A program made the translations under genes and the position numbers. A stretch of 64,000 nt of DNA, taken from NCBI RefSeq assembly GCF_020745735.1, contig NW_026867453.1, forward strand, positions 248,001 through 312,000, in the 5' to 3' direction. The DNA comes from Hemiscyllium ocellatum (taxonomy: Eukaryota). Below the pieces are notes generated by a model. It saw only the letters and a program-made list of their open reading frames with translations. It searched no databases and was not told where the DNA came from. Below are positions 51,814 to 64,000 of this stretch, piece after piece. Every line of letters starts with the position of its first letter. Position 1 is the stretch's first letter.

Positions 51814-52497
51814 GAAAGTGAGATCTGCAGATGCTGGAGTATCAGAGAAAAAAATGTGTTGCTGGAAAAGCGCAGCAGGTCAGGCAGCAACCAAGGAACA
51901 GGAAATTCGACGTTTCGGGCATAAGCCCTTCATCAGGAATGAGGAAAGTGTATCCAGCAGGCTAAGATAAAAGGTAGGAAGGAGGGACTTGGGGGAGCGG
52001 TGATGGAGATATGATAGGTGGAAGGATGTCAAGGTGAGGGTGATAGGCCAGAGTGGGGTGGGGGCGGAGAGGTTAGGAAGAAGATTGCAGGTTAGGAAGG
52101 GGGTGCTGAGTTTGAGGGATTCGACTGAGACAAAGTGGGGGGAGGGGAAATGAGGAAACTGGAGAAATCTGAGTTCATCCCTTGTGGTTGGAGGGTTCCC
52201 AGGCGGAAAATGAGGTGCTCTTTCTCCAACCGTCGTGTTGTTATGGTCTGGCGATGGAGGAGTCCAAGGACCTGCATGTCCTTGGTGGAGTGGGAGGGGG
52301 AGTTAAAGTGTTGAGCCACGGGGTGGTTGGGTTGGTTGGTCCGGTGTCCCAGAGGTGTTCTCTGAAATGTTCCGCAAGTAGGTGGCCCGTCTCCCCAATA
52401 TAGAGGAGGCCACATCGGGTGCAGCGGATGCAATAGATGATGTGTGTGGAGGTGCAGGTGAATGTGTGGTGGATATGGAAGGATCCCTTGGGGCCTT
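51814..52497 (-). mobile_element. 5'-truncated Penelope-like element (GIY-YIG and terminal repeat) inserted into a CR1
   Basis: CTSTHIIYCIRCTRCGLLYIGETGHLLAEHFREHL; duplication GGAATAATGTGCA(A/G)GGC at 51797-51813 and 52498-52514. Confidence 0.9.
51905..51940 (-). ncRNA. Minimal hammerhead ribozyme motif, best-preserved family-1 copy
   Basis: AUUC-CUGAUGA-A-GGGC(UUAU)GCCC-GAAA-CGUC-GAAU: perfect 4-bp helix I and intact core. Confidence 0.75.
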
Positions 52498-55400
52498 GGA
52501 ATAATGTGCAGGGCACTTATTCAAAGATGCACGTCTAAGTGAGGGAGACAAACAAAGGGATTTCAGACAATTACATCAGTCACTAACAATTTCACCACAG
52601 GTTCCAAAGGCCATAAAAATGCAAACAAAGTACCAAGTTTTATCTCTAAAGGGATAGATTTGAAAGTAGGGTCACTATAAAAATTTGGTTGACTATAATT
52701 AAGAGTATTGTTTGCAGTTCGAGTTGACATATTATAGAATGTATGAGAGAGAGTAAAGAGATGATTTATGAGAATGCTCCACAAGTTTCTGGTTGTGTAT
52801 ATCAAGGAAGAATTGTTGTGCTGTTCACTTCTCTCTTGAAAAGAAGGCTGACAGTTCGAAAATTAAGAAAGGTTTTGAAAAGAGAAGGTACAAAGAAAAC
52901 ATTTCACTGTGGGATAGAATATAACTCGAGGCTGTCAATATAAGACGGTACCTCAAGAAGTCCAAAAGGGAATTCAGAAGAAACCTCTTCACTGAAAGAA
53001 TGATGAGAATGGGGAATATGTGACCAGACGGAATAGTTGAAATCAATAGTTTAGATGTATTTCAAGGAAACTAGGCGAGCACTAGGAAGGGATGGGAATA
53101 GAGAATTGCAACAGGCGATTTAGATGAGGAAAGATGTGAAACACCTTGAGTAGAACATAAGCACTGGCATAAACTGATTGTGCCAAATGGTCTGTTTTTC
53201 CTCTGTAATCCTATGTAGAAAATCACCATTGCATGAAACAAAAAGTGCATTAAGAACATTTAGAAGAGTTATAAAGTTTCTCACAAAAAGTCTCAAGTAT
53301 CCAGCACTGAATGTAAATGAATTTATCACATGGCCACACTTCACGATTTGCTTGATAGCACTGAAACAGCAGGAATCACAGTCCTCTTACTAGGAGTAGG
53401 ACTAACCCATCGTCCTTGCACCAATTGGGGGATCTTAATGACTTATTAATGGCCTCAGTAGGAGCTGCCAACCTGGTCCTGGGAATGTTGTGAACACTCT
53501 AGCCCTCACGGCTTCTTTCACTCACTTACTCTGATTTCCAGTTCCCGTAGTGATCGCCACCATGGACAGGAGACTGTTCCAGTGTGCAGATGGGATAACC
53601 TGTTGTGAGCCACAAGGTACTTCATTAGGAGGGACATCCTCCAGGTGTGTCACTAGGATGCAGGGGGAGGTCTCCCACACAATGGAGGACCTTACTGCTA
53701 ATAAACTGCCAGCATTGGCTGGAACACACTCTACATTGACCACCTGAGTGGTCATCCTTTCCCGAATTTGGGATCAATAACATACTACGGAGGTGGAAAC
53801 TCCTTCCTTCCCTTATCATCTTCCACCCTATTATCCACCTAATGACCTTGCAGCCTGTCCCTAGAGGGCTGATAGAACCCAGTCCCATTCCAATATTCAA
53901 GAACATGAAGAGCTGGCAACCTGGTCAAAATTGTTAAAGCTTAACACAAACAGTCTTGGCCTGACCATCAAATTCTAAAGTGTAACTTGAGATGAGTTCA
54001 ATAAAAATGGCAGAAGTACAGAAACAACCACTTCCATTCGACATAAACACATTTCTATGAATGGGAACGGGTGGTCCGCTATTTGGAATGGAGCAGTGCA
54101 TTTGTAAAAGTTAATGAGGAGCAGCAATGTTTTGAGTTGGACGTGTGCACAGTTTGAAGCTGTTTGCTGATTCAGTTTTGCTAAAGGTTTGGCAGATACA
54201 TTCCAATGAAAATCAATTAAATCTGCCAAAGTGGATATTAATACTCACATTTATGAGATGCTTTAACATAGAACATAGAAAGATACAACACAGAACAGGC
54301 CCTTTGGCCCACAACAGTGTGCCGAGGTCTAATCCTAATGTAAAATATAACAACCTACACACCCCTCAACTCACTGCTAAACATGTGCATGTCCAGCAGT
54401 CACTTAAATGTCCCTAATGACTCTGCTTCCACCACCACCGCTGGCAATGTATTGCATGCATTCACAACTCTCTGTGTAAAGAACCTACTCTAATATCTCC
54501 TCTATACCTTTCTCCTAATATCTTAAAACTATGACCCCCCTCGTACCAGTCAATCCTGCCCTGGGGAAAAGTCTCTAGCTATTGACTTTATCTATTCCTC
54601 TCATTATTTTGTATACCTCAATCAGGTCTCCTCTCTTCTTTCTTCTCCAGAGAGAAAAGTCTGAGCTTATTCAACCTTTCTTCATAAGGCAAGCCCTCCA
54701 GTTCAGGCAGCATCCTGGCAAACCTTCTTTGCACCCTCTCCAAAGCCTCTATCTATTTCTTATAGCAGGGTGACCAGAACTGGACACAATTTTCCAGGTG
54801 TGGTCTCACCAGGGACTTGTAGAGCTGTAGCAAAACCTCGCTGCTCTCAAACTCGATTCCCCTGTAAATGAAAGCCTAAACACCATATGCTTTCTTAACA
54901 ACCCTATCCACTTGGGTGGCAACTTTGAGGGATCTATGTACTTGCACACCCAGATCCCTCTGTTCCTCCACACCGCCAAGAATCCTGCCTTTAACCCTAT
55001 ATTCAGCATTCGAGTGAGAATGAGTACCAGAGGGCATGTAAGGAAGTTTATCAGTAAAGTACGGCTAATTAAGGGGGCTTGACCATACTCATGGACAAAA
55101 AGATATAAAGCAATCAGAGAACCAAAGAACAGAGTGTGTATATAAGGGGTACAAGAGACAGCGTGGATCAAGGCCTTGAAGAATTTAGAGATAGACATAA
55201 GTTTAAACTCAATACATTCGATGATAATGAGCCAGTTAAGATCTCAGTCCTTTCTCTATAAGCACAAGTTTAAGTTTACCAGTCTTGTCCAGGCCAGCAT
55301 TAAATGGGATTTTTATTTGCACTGTGCACATCTCCTGATTTCACAAGATATCTCAGTTTTGTAAATGCAATAGAATGCATTATCCACCGTTTCAGCAATT

Positions 55401-57299
55401 CCTTTAATAGAAGTTGACAGAAATAAACAACTTTCCAAAGCTGTCTTTCAACAGCCAGACTGATACAATATTCAAAAAGGATCTGCATGTACAAAGTGGG
55501 CTTGTCAGGGGGTTAAATCTTTTCAAATTCGAAAACTAGATTCCATTTTAATGATATCAGCTGGATGTTGGATACTCCATTAACAAAAGGTTCCCATATT
55601 CAAACGGTTGTTTGCAAATATAGAAATTGGATATTGATATAAAATAGGACATGCTCTTTTTTTTTGTCTTGCATACATCAGGATAGCTGCAAGGATTTTG
55701 ATATTAAGGGAAACAACATTTTACACTGAACAAGTTCTGATGCTTTGGAAAGTGCACAATGATTGATCGAGATGTCCCCAATGGAAATGGACTGGTCAGA
55801 TGGTGACGGACAGTTAACAGCTAAACTTTGTTAAGTTTGCAATTGGCAGGTTGCCTGAGTGGTCAAGGTATTGCCCTGCCAAATGAGTCCGAGAATGGCC
55901 ATCACCAATTTAGTCAAATCACAACAAGCATTGGCAGTTAACTGCCAATCATCACCTGGTCCATTCTCCATGCCTTTACCAATCAGCACTCATTACCCAG
56001 ACAGATTAAATGCTTTCTCCCTTACCATTGGTATTCTTGAGAGTGTCCTGATAAGTACAATACTAAAGACTTAAATAAAAAAACACTTTATTTTCATCAA
56101 TACTCAAATTTCCATGTTGCACCAGCTGACAGAGGTGAAACTTCACTATAATGTATCAGGCCGACAATGAACTGGTAAAGTTCTGCACTGGTCTCAGAGG
56201 GAAACCAGCAACAATGTCCTTGTGGAGACATTACTTTACCTTTGATCCTATACAGCAACAATTTCAAAGCCATTGAGGAACAGGAATAAATAGAAACGAA
56301 CTACGTGCACATACACACAGCACACTGTTATGTAAAGTAATAGAGAGAAATGCTGCACGAACAGGAAAATTAATTGTTATTCTGAATAGTGAATATGGCA
56401 CCAAAAACACCCTTGTGATAATGACAGTTTGAAAAGCTGCCCACATTGGTTTGCAGCAGATGAAGAGTTGCTCATTCTGTTCTGGGCCCCACTCAGTTCC
56501 TACACCAGTATGTGACCATAGATTCAGATTGTTTTTAAAGGCAGATATCAATATGCATTTGCACAGTGGCAGGAGTACGGCTATCCTATGGACAGCCCTA
56601 AAGAGATCTCACACACATTGGCTCTTTAATAAAGAAATGGGGCAAACCTCAGAGATAGGGAAATGTAAATAAATGAACCACTAACAAGATTTCATCCAAT
56701 TCAATAGTAACTGATACCTGATCACCAAATTCAGCTGCCACTTGAAAGGATGCAAGAAGCCCCAAAAGGAGATACTCCACATTTCACTTGATTCTGTGTC
56801 ACATTATCGCAAGAGAGCTTTGTAGTTGCCTTTTAGCAGACATTATTTTTATCCATAAACCACATCGGCTTGACAGAGAAGCATTGGTTCCGATCATAGA
56901 TCAGAACTGAATAGTGCAGAACCACATCATAACCCATCTCGAGAAGCTGTGTCAGTGGGTGCGTGGGTTTGCAGTGCCTCTGTGTTCTGAGCTTCGGCCC
57001 CAATCTCTCTCTGTTCCCTAGTTTTTCTGCTAAGTTGCGGTTCCAGTCAGTTTGTATTTCATCATTGTCCCAGATTATAGAGGTTTCCGTATCAGTGAGT
57101 TCACCAGGATAGCCCGTTGGGTAAATCAGCAGTGGCTCCACTGAAAAGGCTTTTAAATCCTGAGGCTCATAGAACAGCATATAGTTATCCCTATTAATTG
57201 ACCTAATAATAATTAACAACATTATATTTGATCTGCTTTATTTCTCATTACTGACTGCATTGAATCTACCTCATGGGATACAGAAACTCACCAATGTGA

Positions 57300-58052
57300 G
57301 AACAGATAGTCGGGAGAAAGGGAAGGGATAGGAGGTCGCTGTTGCCCACTTCTTTTGATGATAAGATTTATCTTGATTCAATAGGGGTCCCTAGGTGGGT
57401 GCCTGATGAGTTCAAAGCTCGTAACCAAATTGCAGCAGGCTTTGAGTCGTCCCTGTTCTGGTGGGTCACTATTAACAAGAATGTCGATTGGATAAACTAC
57501 ATTTATTATAACCAAGCACGATTTATTAACCATACTAGGGATGCAGTAAAGGGCCTGGCGGAACAACTGGATGCCACCAGTCGTATGGCTTGGGAAAATA
57601 GGCTGGCCTTGGATATGCTCCTAGCTGAAAAGGGGGGTGTTTGTGCCATGATCGGCTCTCAATGTTGCACTTTTATTCCCAACAATACGGCCCCTGACAG
57701 CTCGGTCACCCGTGCCTTGGAGGGTCTCCAGGCGCTGGCCGAGGAAATAGCTGAGAATTCAGGTGTAAATACTGATTGGACTGGCTGGCTAGAGCGGTGG
57801 TTCGGTAAATGGAAGGGGGTGGTGGTCTCAGTAGTGATTACACTTCTAGTGGTAACAGGGGTTTTAGTCGCTTTGGGCTGTTGTATAATTCCCTGTCTGC
57901 GGGGCCTGATTACCCGCCTTATTGAGACGGCCCTGATGAAGGGCGACCCGCGTACAGTAGTGGGCATTCACCTCCAGACTAATGCGGACGATCCTGAGGC
58001 TGATTGGGATAGACAGGCCATGATTATGCTGCAGAAATTACAGACTGTATAA
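57300..58052 (+). pseudogene. env: Endogenous retrovirus env remnant: furin site plus complete open TM subunit (gamma-type, fish ERV-like); SU missing
   Basis: RDRR|S at 57324-57335; FKARNQIAAGFES; immunosuppressive-domain-like ENRLALDMLLAEKGGVC; CX6CC (CAMIGSQCC); hydrophobic anchor. Confidence 0.9.
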
Positions 58053-58066
58053 AAAGACAGGGGGGA
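58051..58066 (+). promoter_or_regulatory. Retroviral polypurine tract
   Basis: AAAAAGACAGGGGGGA directly after the env stop and before the TG LTR start at 58068. Confidence 0.8.
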
Positions 58067-58067
58067 T

Positions 58068-58890
58068 TGATATGGTTAATGTAATTTCTGCAGTTTCATG
58101 CATTCACACNNNNNNNNNNNNNNNNNNNNNNNNNNNNNNNNNNNNNNNNNNNNNNNNNNNNNNNNNNNNNNNNNNNNNNNNNNNNNNNNNNNNNNNNNNN
58201 NNNNNNNNNNNNNNNNNNNNNNNNNNNNNNNNNNNNNNNNNNNNNNNNNNNNNNNNNNNNNNNNNNNNNNNNNNNNNNNNNNNNNNNNNNNNNNNNNNNN
58301 NNNNNNNNNNNNNNNNNNNNNNNNNNNNNNNNNNNNNNNNNNNNNNNNNNNNNNNNNNNNNNNNNNNNNNNNNNNNNNNNNNNNNNNNNNNNNNNNNNNN
58401 NNNNNNNNNNNNNNNNNNNNNNNNNNNNNTATGGATAAGGTAATTTCTGTACTAAAACTGAGGTTTAATGAGTAAAGGCTAATTATGAGACTGATATTCA
58501 ACTAGGCCATATGGGAACATGAACCAGAAGTCACCGCTGTTATGTCAGGAACATGGTAACCTTGGGCAAGATACCAAGGAATGCTTTAGATAGACACAGA
58601 GGGCAAAATACAATAGAAGCCCTTTTATGACATGCTCATAACCAAGAAATGCTTTAACCAGCAGAATTGTTAAAAACAATATAACATTTAATTAAAGAAT
58701 TGGCAGAGAAAAGCGTGAAATGTTTTAACCAATGGAATTGTCACTAATGTTTTCAAATGTAAGAATAATGTATAAATATTACTGCTGTAAAACCTTTCCA
58801 CGCGATTCTTCCTAAGTCCTTTTGGAAGACGTCCTTGCAAGTTTGAATAAACATCCTTTGCTCCATTTGTGTGTCTCGCAGCATTTCGAT
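58068..58890 (+). mobile_element. ERV LTR interrupted by an assembly gap (58110-58430); right boundary uncertain
   Basis: TG start after the PPT; TATAAAT at 58771-58777; AATAAA at 58846-58851. Confidence 0.65.
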
Positions 58891-59139
58891 TTGCCACGGG
58901 AAAAGCGGTAGCCGGAGGGGATAAGGGCTGGTGCTGACAGCTTGGAGTTCGCCTCCTAGGACGGGACCTTGTGGACAGTCTCCCTTGAAGTCAAGGGTTA
59001 AAGGACAGTCCGCGGTCGGCAGAGTGTGGAGGCAGAACCCGGTTGATCTGAACCATAGCCCTAGTGTAGAGTAGTTAGCCGAGTGTCAGGGACTATTCTC
59101 CGGAAATTTAGAATACCTAGACAGAAGTCACTTATAACA

Positions 59140-60202
59140 CCCTTCACCCCTGAAAACAAGGCCGTGAATCCCCACGGTCAGTTAGTTATTTACTTTTAGC
59201 TGTACTTTACCCTCCACACCTGAAAACATGTCCGTGAATCCCCGCAGTCAGTCAGTTATATACCTTTAGCTGTGCATTACCCTCCACCCCTGAAAACAAG
59301 ACCGTGAATCCCCGGTCAGTTAGTTATTTACTTTTAGCTGTACTTTACCCTCCATCCCTGAAAACAAGGCTGTGAATCCCCGGGGTCAGTTAGTTATTTA
59401 CTGTTAGCTGTATGTTACCCTCCATCCCTGAAAACAAGGCTGTGAATCCCCGGGGTCAGTTAGTTATATACTTTTAGATTAGACTTACAGTGTAAACAGG
59501 CCCTTCGGCCCAACAAGTCCACACCGACCCGCCGAAGCGAAACCCACCCATACCCCTACATTACCCCTTACCTAACACTACGGGCAATTTTAGCATGGCC
59601 AATTCACCTGACCCGCACATCTTTGTGACTGTGGGAGGAAACCGGAGCACCCGGAGGAAACCCACGCAGACACGGGGAGAACGTGCAAACTCCACACAGT
59701 CAGTCGCCTGAGTCGGGAATTGAACCCGGGTCTTCAGGCGCTGTGAGGCAGCAGTGCTAACCACTGTGCCACCGTGCCGCCCATGTGCTGTGCGTTACCC
59801 TCCATCTCTGAAAACAAGGTCAGTTAGTTATATATTTATAGCTCTGCTCCACCCTCTGTCCCTGAAAACAAGGCCGTGAATCCCCGCAGTCAGTTAGTTA
59901 TTTACTTTTAACTGTATGTTACCCTCCATCCCTGAAAACAAGGCCGTGAATCCCCGTGGTCAGTTAGTTATTTACTGTTAGCTGTACTTTACCCTCCACC
60001 CCTGAAAACAAGGCCGTGAATCCCCACGGTCAGTTAGTTATTTACTTTTAGCTGTGCGTTACCCTCCATCTCTGAAAACAAGGTTAGTTAGTTATATATT
60101 TATAGCTCTGCTCCACCCTCTGTCCCTGAAAACAAGGCCGTGAATCCCCGCAGTCAGTTAGTTATATACTTACAGTTCTGCTCCACCCTCTGCCCCTGAA
60201 AA
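59140..60202. repeat. 70-bp tandem array, ~12 units including 54-bp variants, split by a SINE
   Basis: CTGAAAA heads at 59150, 59220, 59290, 59358, 59428, 59808, 59862, 59932, 60002, 60072, 60126, 60196. Confidence 0.93.
59474..59782 (-). mobile_element. Young CpG-rich tRNA-derived SINE (HE1-like) inside the tandem array
   Basis: Minus strand GGGCGGCACGGTGGCACAGTGGTTAGC (A box) and GGTTCAATTCC (B box); CpGs retained. Confidence 0.9.
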
Positions 60203-60339
60203 TAAGTAATAATAACACACTTCCCTATCAATATAATCTTCACCAGGACCTGTACACTTCCATGTATCTGTATACCCCCAGAACACCACCTTATCATTGC
60301 AACCATGTCCAGATCACTCGTTTCTTTTATTGTTTCTTT

Positions 60340-63300
60340 TTCAATCGTCTCTCTGGGAATTTAGAATAAATGAGAATGGAGGTTCGGGCAGTTGAATGTT
60401 CCTCCTGCAGAATGTGGGCAGTAAGTGTCACCGCTAGTGTCCCTGCTGACTGCATCTGCGGGAAGTGCACCCAACTCCAGCATCTCGAAAACTGCGTCAG
60501 GGAACTGAGGCTGGAGCTGGCTGAATTTCGGATCATTCAAGAGGTGGTGGGAGTTATTGAGAGGAGTTACAGGGATGTACCTGATCCTCAGGTACAAGAA
60601 GGAGGCAGATGGATTACTCTTAGGGGATGAAGAGGGACCAGGCAGACAGTGCAGGGAACTCTTGTGGCCATTCCCCTCAATAACAAGTATAAAATTTTGG
60701 ATACTATTGGAGGGGGGGGAAAACGACTTACCAAGGGTAAGCCATGGGATACAGATCCCTGGCACAGAGTCTGTTCCTGTTGCTCAGAAGGGAAACAGGG
60801 AGATGAGCAGAGCATTCGTCACTGGGGACTCCATAGCTAGGAGGACAGATTGGAGGTTCCAATGGAGAGAGACTCACAGTTGGTGTGATACCTCGCAGGT
60901 GCCAAGGTTTGGGATGTCTTGGATCATGTCTTTGGGATCCTTGAGGGGGAGGGGTAGCAGCCCCCAAAGGTGGTCCACATAAACACTAACAACATCATTT
61001 AGAGAAAACAGGATGGTCTCCACCTGAACCAGAGGGGTACCAATATCCTAGGCAGGGGAGGAGGGCGGTGTGTGGAAATTTCCTAATGCTCTTCGGGAGG
61101 GTGTAAACTAATTCAGCAGGGGGATGGGAACCTGAACTGTAGTTCCACTGTCCAAGTGGTTGAGAGTGGTGAGGTCAGAAATATGGTTTCAAGGTTGCAA
61201 GAGTGCATTGGCATGCAAGAAGTGGTTTGAAGTGTCAGGAGCATCCTGAATAAGGTGGGTGACCTTGCAGCATGGGTTGGTACCAGGAACTTCGATGTTA
61301 TGGCCATTTCGGAGACATGGATAGAGCAGGGACAGGAATGGTTTGAGCACGTTCCGGGATTTAGATGGTTCAGTAAGAACAGAGAAGATGGTAAAAGAGT
61401 GGGAGGTGTGGCATTGTTTGTGAGGACAGTACTACGGTGGCAGGAGGTACATTTGAGGACTCATCTACTAAGGTAGTATGGGCTGAGGTTAGAAACAGGA
61501 AAGGAGATGTCACCTTGTTGGGACTTTTCTGCTGGCCTCCAAATAGTTCCAGAGGTGGAGAGGATAGGTGAGCAGAGATTATTCTGGATAGGAGCGAGAG
61601 TAACAGGGTAGTTGTTATGGGGGTCTTTAACTTTCCAAATATTGACTGGAAATACTATCATTCAAGTACTTTAGATGGATCAGTTTTTGTCAAATGTGTG
61701 CAGAAAGTTTTCCTGACACAGTATGTAGACAGGCCAACAATGGACGAGACCATATTGGATTTGGTACTGGGTAAGGAACCTAGCCAGGTATTAGATTCAG
61801 AGGTTAGTGAGCATTTGGTGATAGTGCCCACATTTGGTTGTGTTTATTTTAGCAATGGAAAGGGTTAGGTATATCCCAGGGGCAAGAGTTATAGCAGTGG
61901 TATAACTGTTGCAAGTAGGGTGCAATTAGGAAAGATTTAGGATGCATAGGATGGGAAAGGAAACTTCAGGGGATGGGCACAATTGAAATGTGGAGCTTAT
62001 TCATGGAACAGCTACTGCGTGTCCTTGATAAGTATGTACCTGTCAGGCAGGGAGGAAGAGTTTGAGTAAAGGAGTTGTGGTCCACAAAAGAAGTTGAATC
62101 TCTTGTCAAGAGGAAGAAGAAGGTATATGTTAGGATGAGATGTGAAGGCTCAGTTAGAGTGTTTGAGAGTTATAGGTTAGCCAGGAAAGACCTAAAGAAA
62201 GAGCTAAGAAGAGCCAGGAGGGGATGTGAAAAGTCATTGGCAGGTCAGATCAAGGAAAAACCTAAAGGTTTCTACAGGTATATCAAGAATAAAAGAATGA
62301 CTAGAGTGAGTTTAGGGTCAAACAAGGACAGTAGTGGGAGGTTGTGCATGGAGTCCGAGGAGATAGGAAAAGTGCTAACTGAATTCTTTTCAATGTACTC
62401 GCATTGGAAAATGACTACGTTGTCTCAGAGAATACTGAGATGCAGGTGACTAGACCAGACGGGATTGAGGTTCGCAAAGAGGAGTTGTTAGCAATTCTGG
62501 AAAGTAGGAAAATAAATAAGTCTCTTAAGGCAGATGGTATTTATCCTTGGATTCTCTGGGAAGCCAGGGAGGAGAGTGCACAGCCATTGGCTTTGAACTT
62601 TATGTTGTCATTGTCAATAGGGATAGTGCCAGGAGACTGGAGTATAGCAAGTATTGTCCCCTCGTACAAGAAGGGGAGTAGAGACAACCCTAGTAATTTT
62701 CTCCAAGTGAGCCTTACTTCAGTTGTGGGTAAAGTGCTGGAAATGATTAAAAGAGATAGGATTTATAATCAGCTCGAAAGGAATAAGTTGATTAGGGATA
62801 GTCAACATGGTTTTGTGAAGGGTAGGTCATGCCACACAAACCTTATAGAGTTCTTTGAGAAGGTGACCAAACAGCTGGATGAGGGTAAAGTGGTTGATGT
62901 GGTGCATTTGGATTTCAGTAAGGGGTTTGATAAGGTTCCCCAAGGTAGACTATTGCATAAAATACGAAGGCATGGGATTGACAGTGATTTAACAGTTTGG
63001 ATCAGACATTGGCCAGCTGAAAGAAGACAAAGGGTGGTGGTTGATGGGAAATGTTCACCCTAGAGTTCAGTTACTAGTGGGGTACTGCAAGGTCTGTTTT
63101 GGGGCCATTTCTGTTTGTCATTTTTATAAATGAACTGAATGAAGGCATAGAAGGATGGGTTAGTAAATTTGCGGATGACACTAAGGTAGGTGGAGTTGTG
63201 GATATTACCGAAGGATGTTGCAGGTTACAGAGGGACATAGATAAGCTGCACAGCTGGGCTGAGAAGTGGCAAATGGAGTTTAATGTGGAAAAGTGTGAGG

Positions 63301-64000
63301 TGATTCACTTTGGAAGGAGGAACAGGAATACAGAGTACTGGGTTAATGGTAAGATTCTTGGCAGTGTAGATAAACAGAGAGATCTCGGTGTCCCCAAACA
63401 TAAATCCCTGAAAGTTTCCACCCAGGGTGATATGGTTGTTAAGAAAGCATATGGTGTATTAGCTTTTATTGGTGGAGGGATTGATCTTCGGAGCCATGAG
63501 GTTGCAGCTGTCCAAAACTCTGGTTTTGGAGTACTGCGTAAAGTTCCGGTGACTGCATTATAGGAAGGATATCGAAGCTTTGGAAAGGGTTCAGATGAGA
63601 TTTACTAGAATGTGACCTGGTATGAAGGGAAGGTGTTATGAGGAAAAGCTGAAGGACTTGAGGCTGTTTTTGACAGAGAGTAGAAAGTTGAGAGGTGACT
63701 TAATTGAGGTCTGTAAGATAATCAGAGGGTTAGATAATCAGAGGGCATCCTTTTTTTCTTGAATGATGATGGTTAACATAAGGGGACATAGCTTTAAATT
63801 GAGGAATGATAGATATGGGACAGATGTTCAGGGATAATTTCTTTACTCAGAATGTAGTAGGGGGCATGGAACTGCCTGCAACAGTAGGAGACTCACCAAC
63901 TTTAAGGGCATTTAAATGTTCATTGGATAAACATGGATGAAAATGGAATTGTGAAGGTGAGATGAGTTTCAGGTTGATTTTACACTTCGGCACATCGAGG
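60340..64000 (+). mobile_element. Near-full-length decayed CR1-like LINE (ORF1 zinc finger/esterase; ORF2 APE and RT)
   Basis: CSSCRMW...CICGKC, GDSI, DVMAISETW, DFSKGFDKVP, VSKFADDTK; many frameshifts and stops. Confidence 0.92.

Larger units (their letters stand above)
49700..55020. mobile_element. Mosaic of CR1-like LINE fragments in both orientations
   Basis: APE-like remnants at 50000-50750, RT and 3' UTR pieces, minus-strand 3' end at 54250-55020. Confidence 0.7.

Noticed and set aside
58072-58501. ORFs containing poly-X
   Set aside because: Artefacts of the 321-N assembly gap
58930-59050. Primer-binding site candidates (TGGTGCTGAC..., TGGAGGCAGAAC...)
   Set aside because: Neither follows a CA LTR end nor matches a tRNA 3' end that I can recognise
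59140-60202. CRISPR-like regular repeat
   Set aside because: Units are contiguous with no unique spacers, there are no cas genes, and the context is vertebrate
60340-64000. Active LINE or host RT gene
   Set aside because: Both ORFs are broken by multiple stops and frameshifts

Overview
Eukaryotic, repeat-rich genomic DNA from a cartilaginous fish, most likely an orectolobiform shark (inferred from the Ig sequences and repeat families). The centre holds one complete, unrearranged, apparently functional IgM heavy-chain minilocus on the + strand: leader, VH(23-RSS), (12)D1(22), (12)D2(12), (23)JH, a ~10.2-kb intron, CH1-CH4 with secretory tail, TM1 and TM2 (25856-47615). All frames and splice phases are intact. 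The flanks and introns are mosaics of CR1/HER1-like LINEs, HE1-like tRNA SINEs and Penelope-like elements (PLEs). The PLE termini fold into minimal hammerhead ribozymes of two families, and several short or fold-back copies carry 14-17 bp target duplications. Downstream is an ERV remnant: an open env TM frame, a polypurine tract, an LTR broken by a 321-N gap, and a 70-bp tandem array. A decayed near-full-length CR1 LINE follows. Unexplained structures include a ~590-bp inverted duplication with patchy identity upstream of VH, a ~226-bp tandem duplication near the VH promoter, a 45-bp minisatellite just 3' of JH, a G-skewed block in the J-C intron and a CA-rich block in the CH4-TM intron. Ig coordinates were read base by base; repeat boundaries are approximate and identities were counted by eye.
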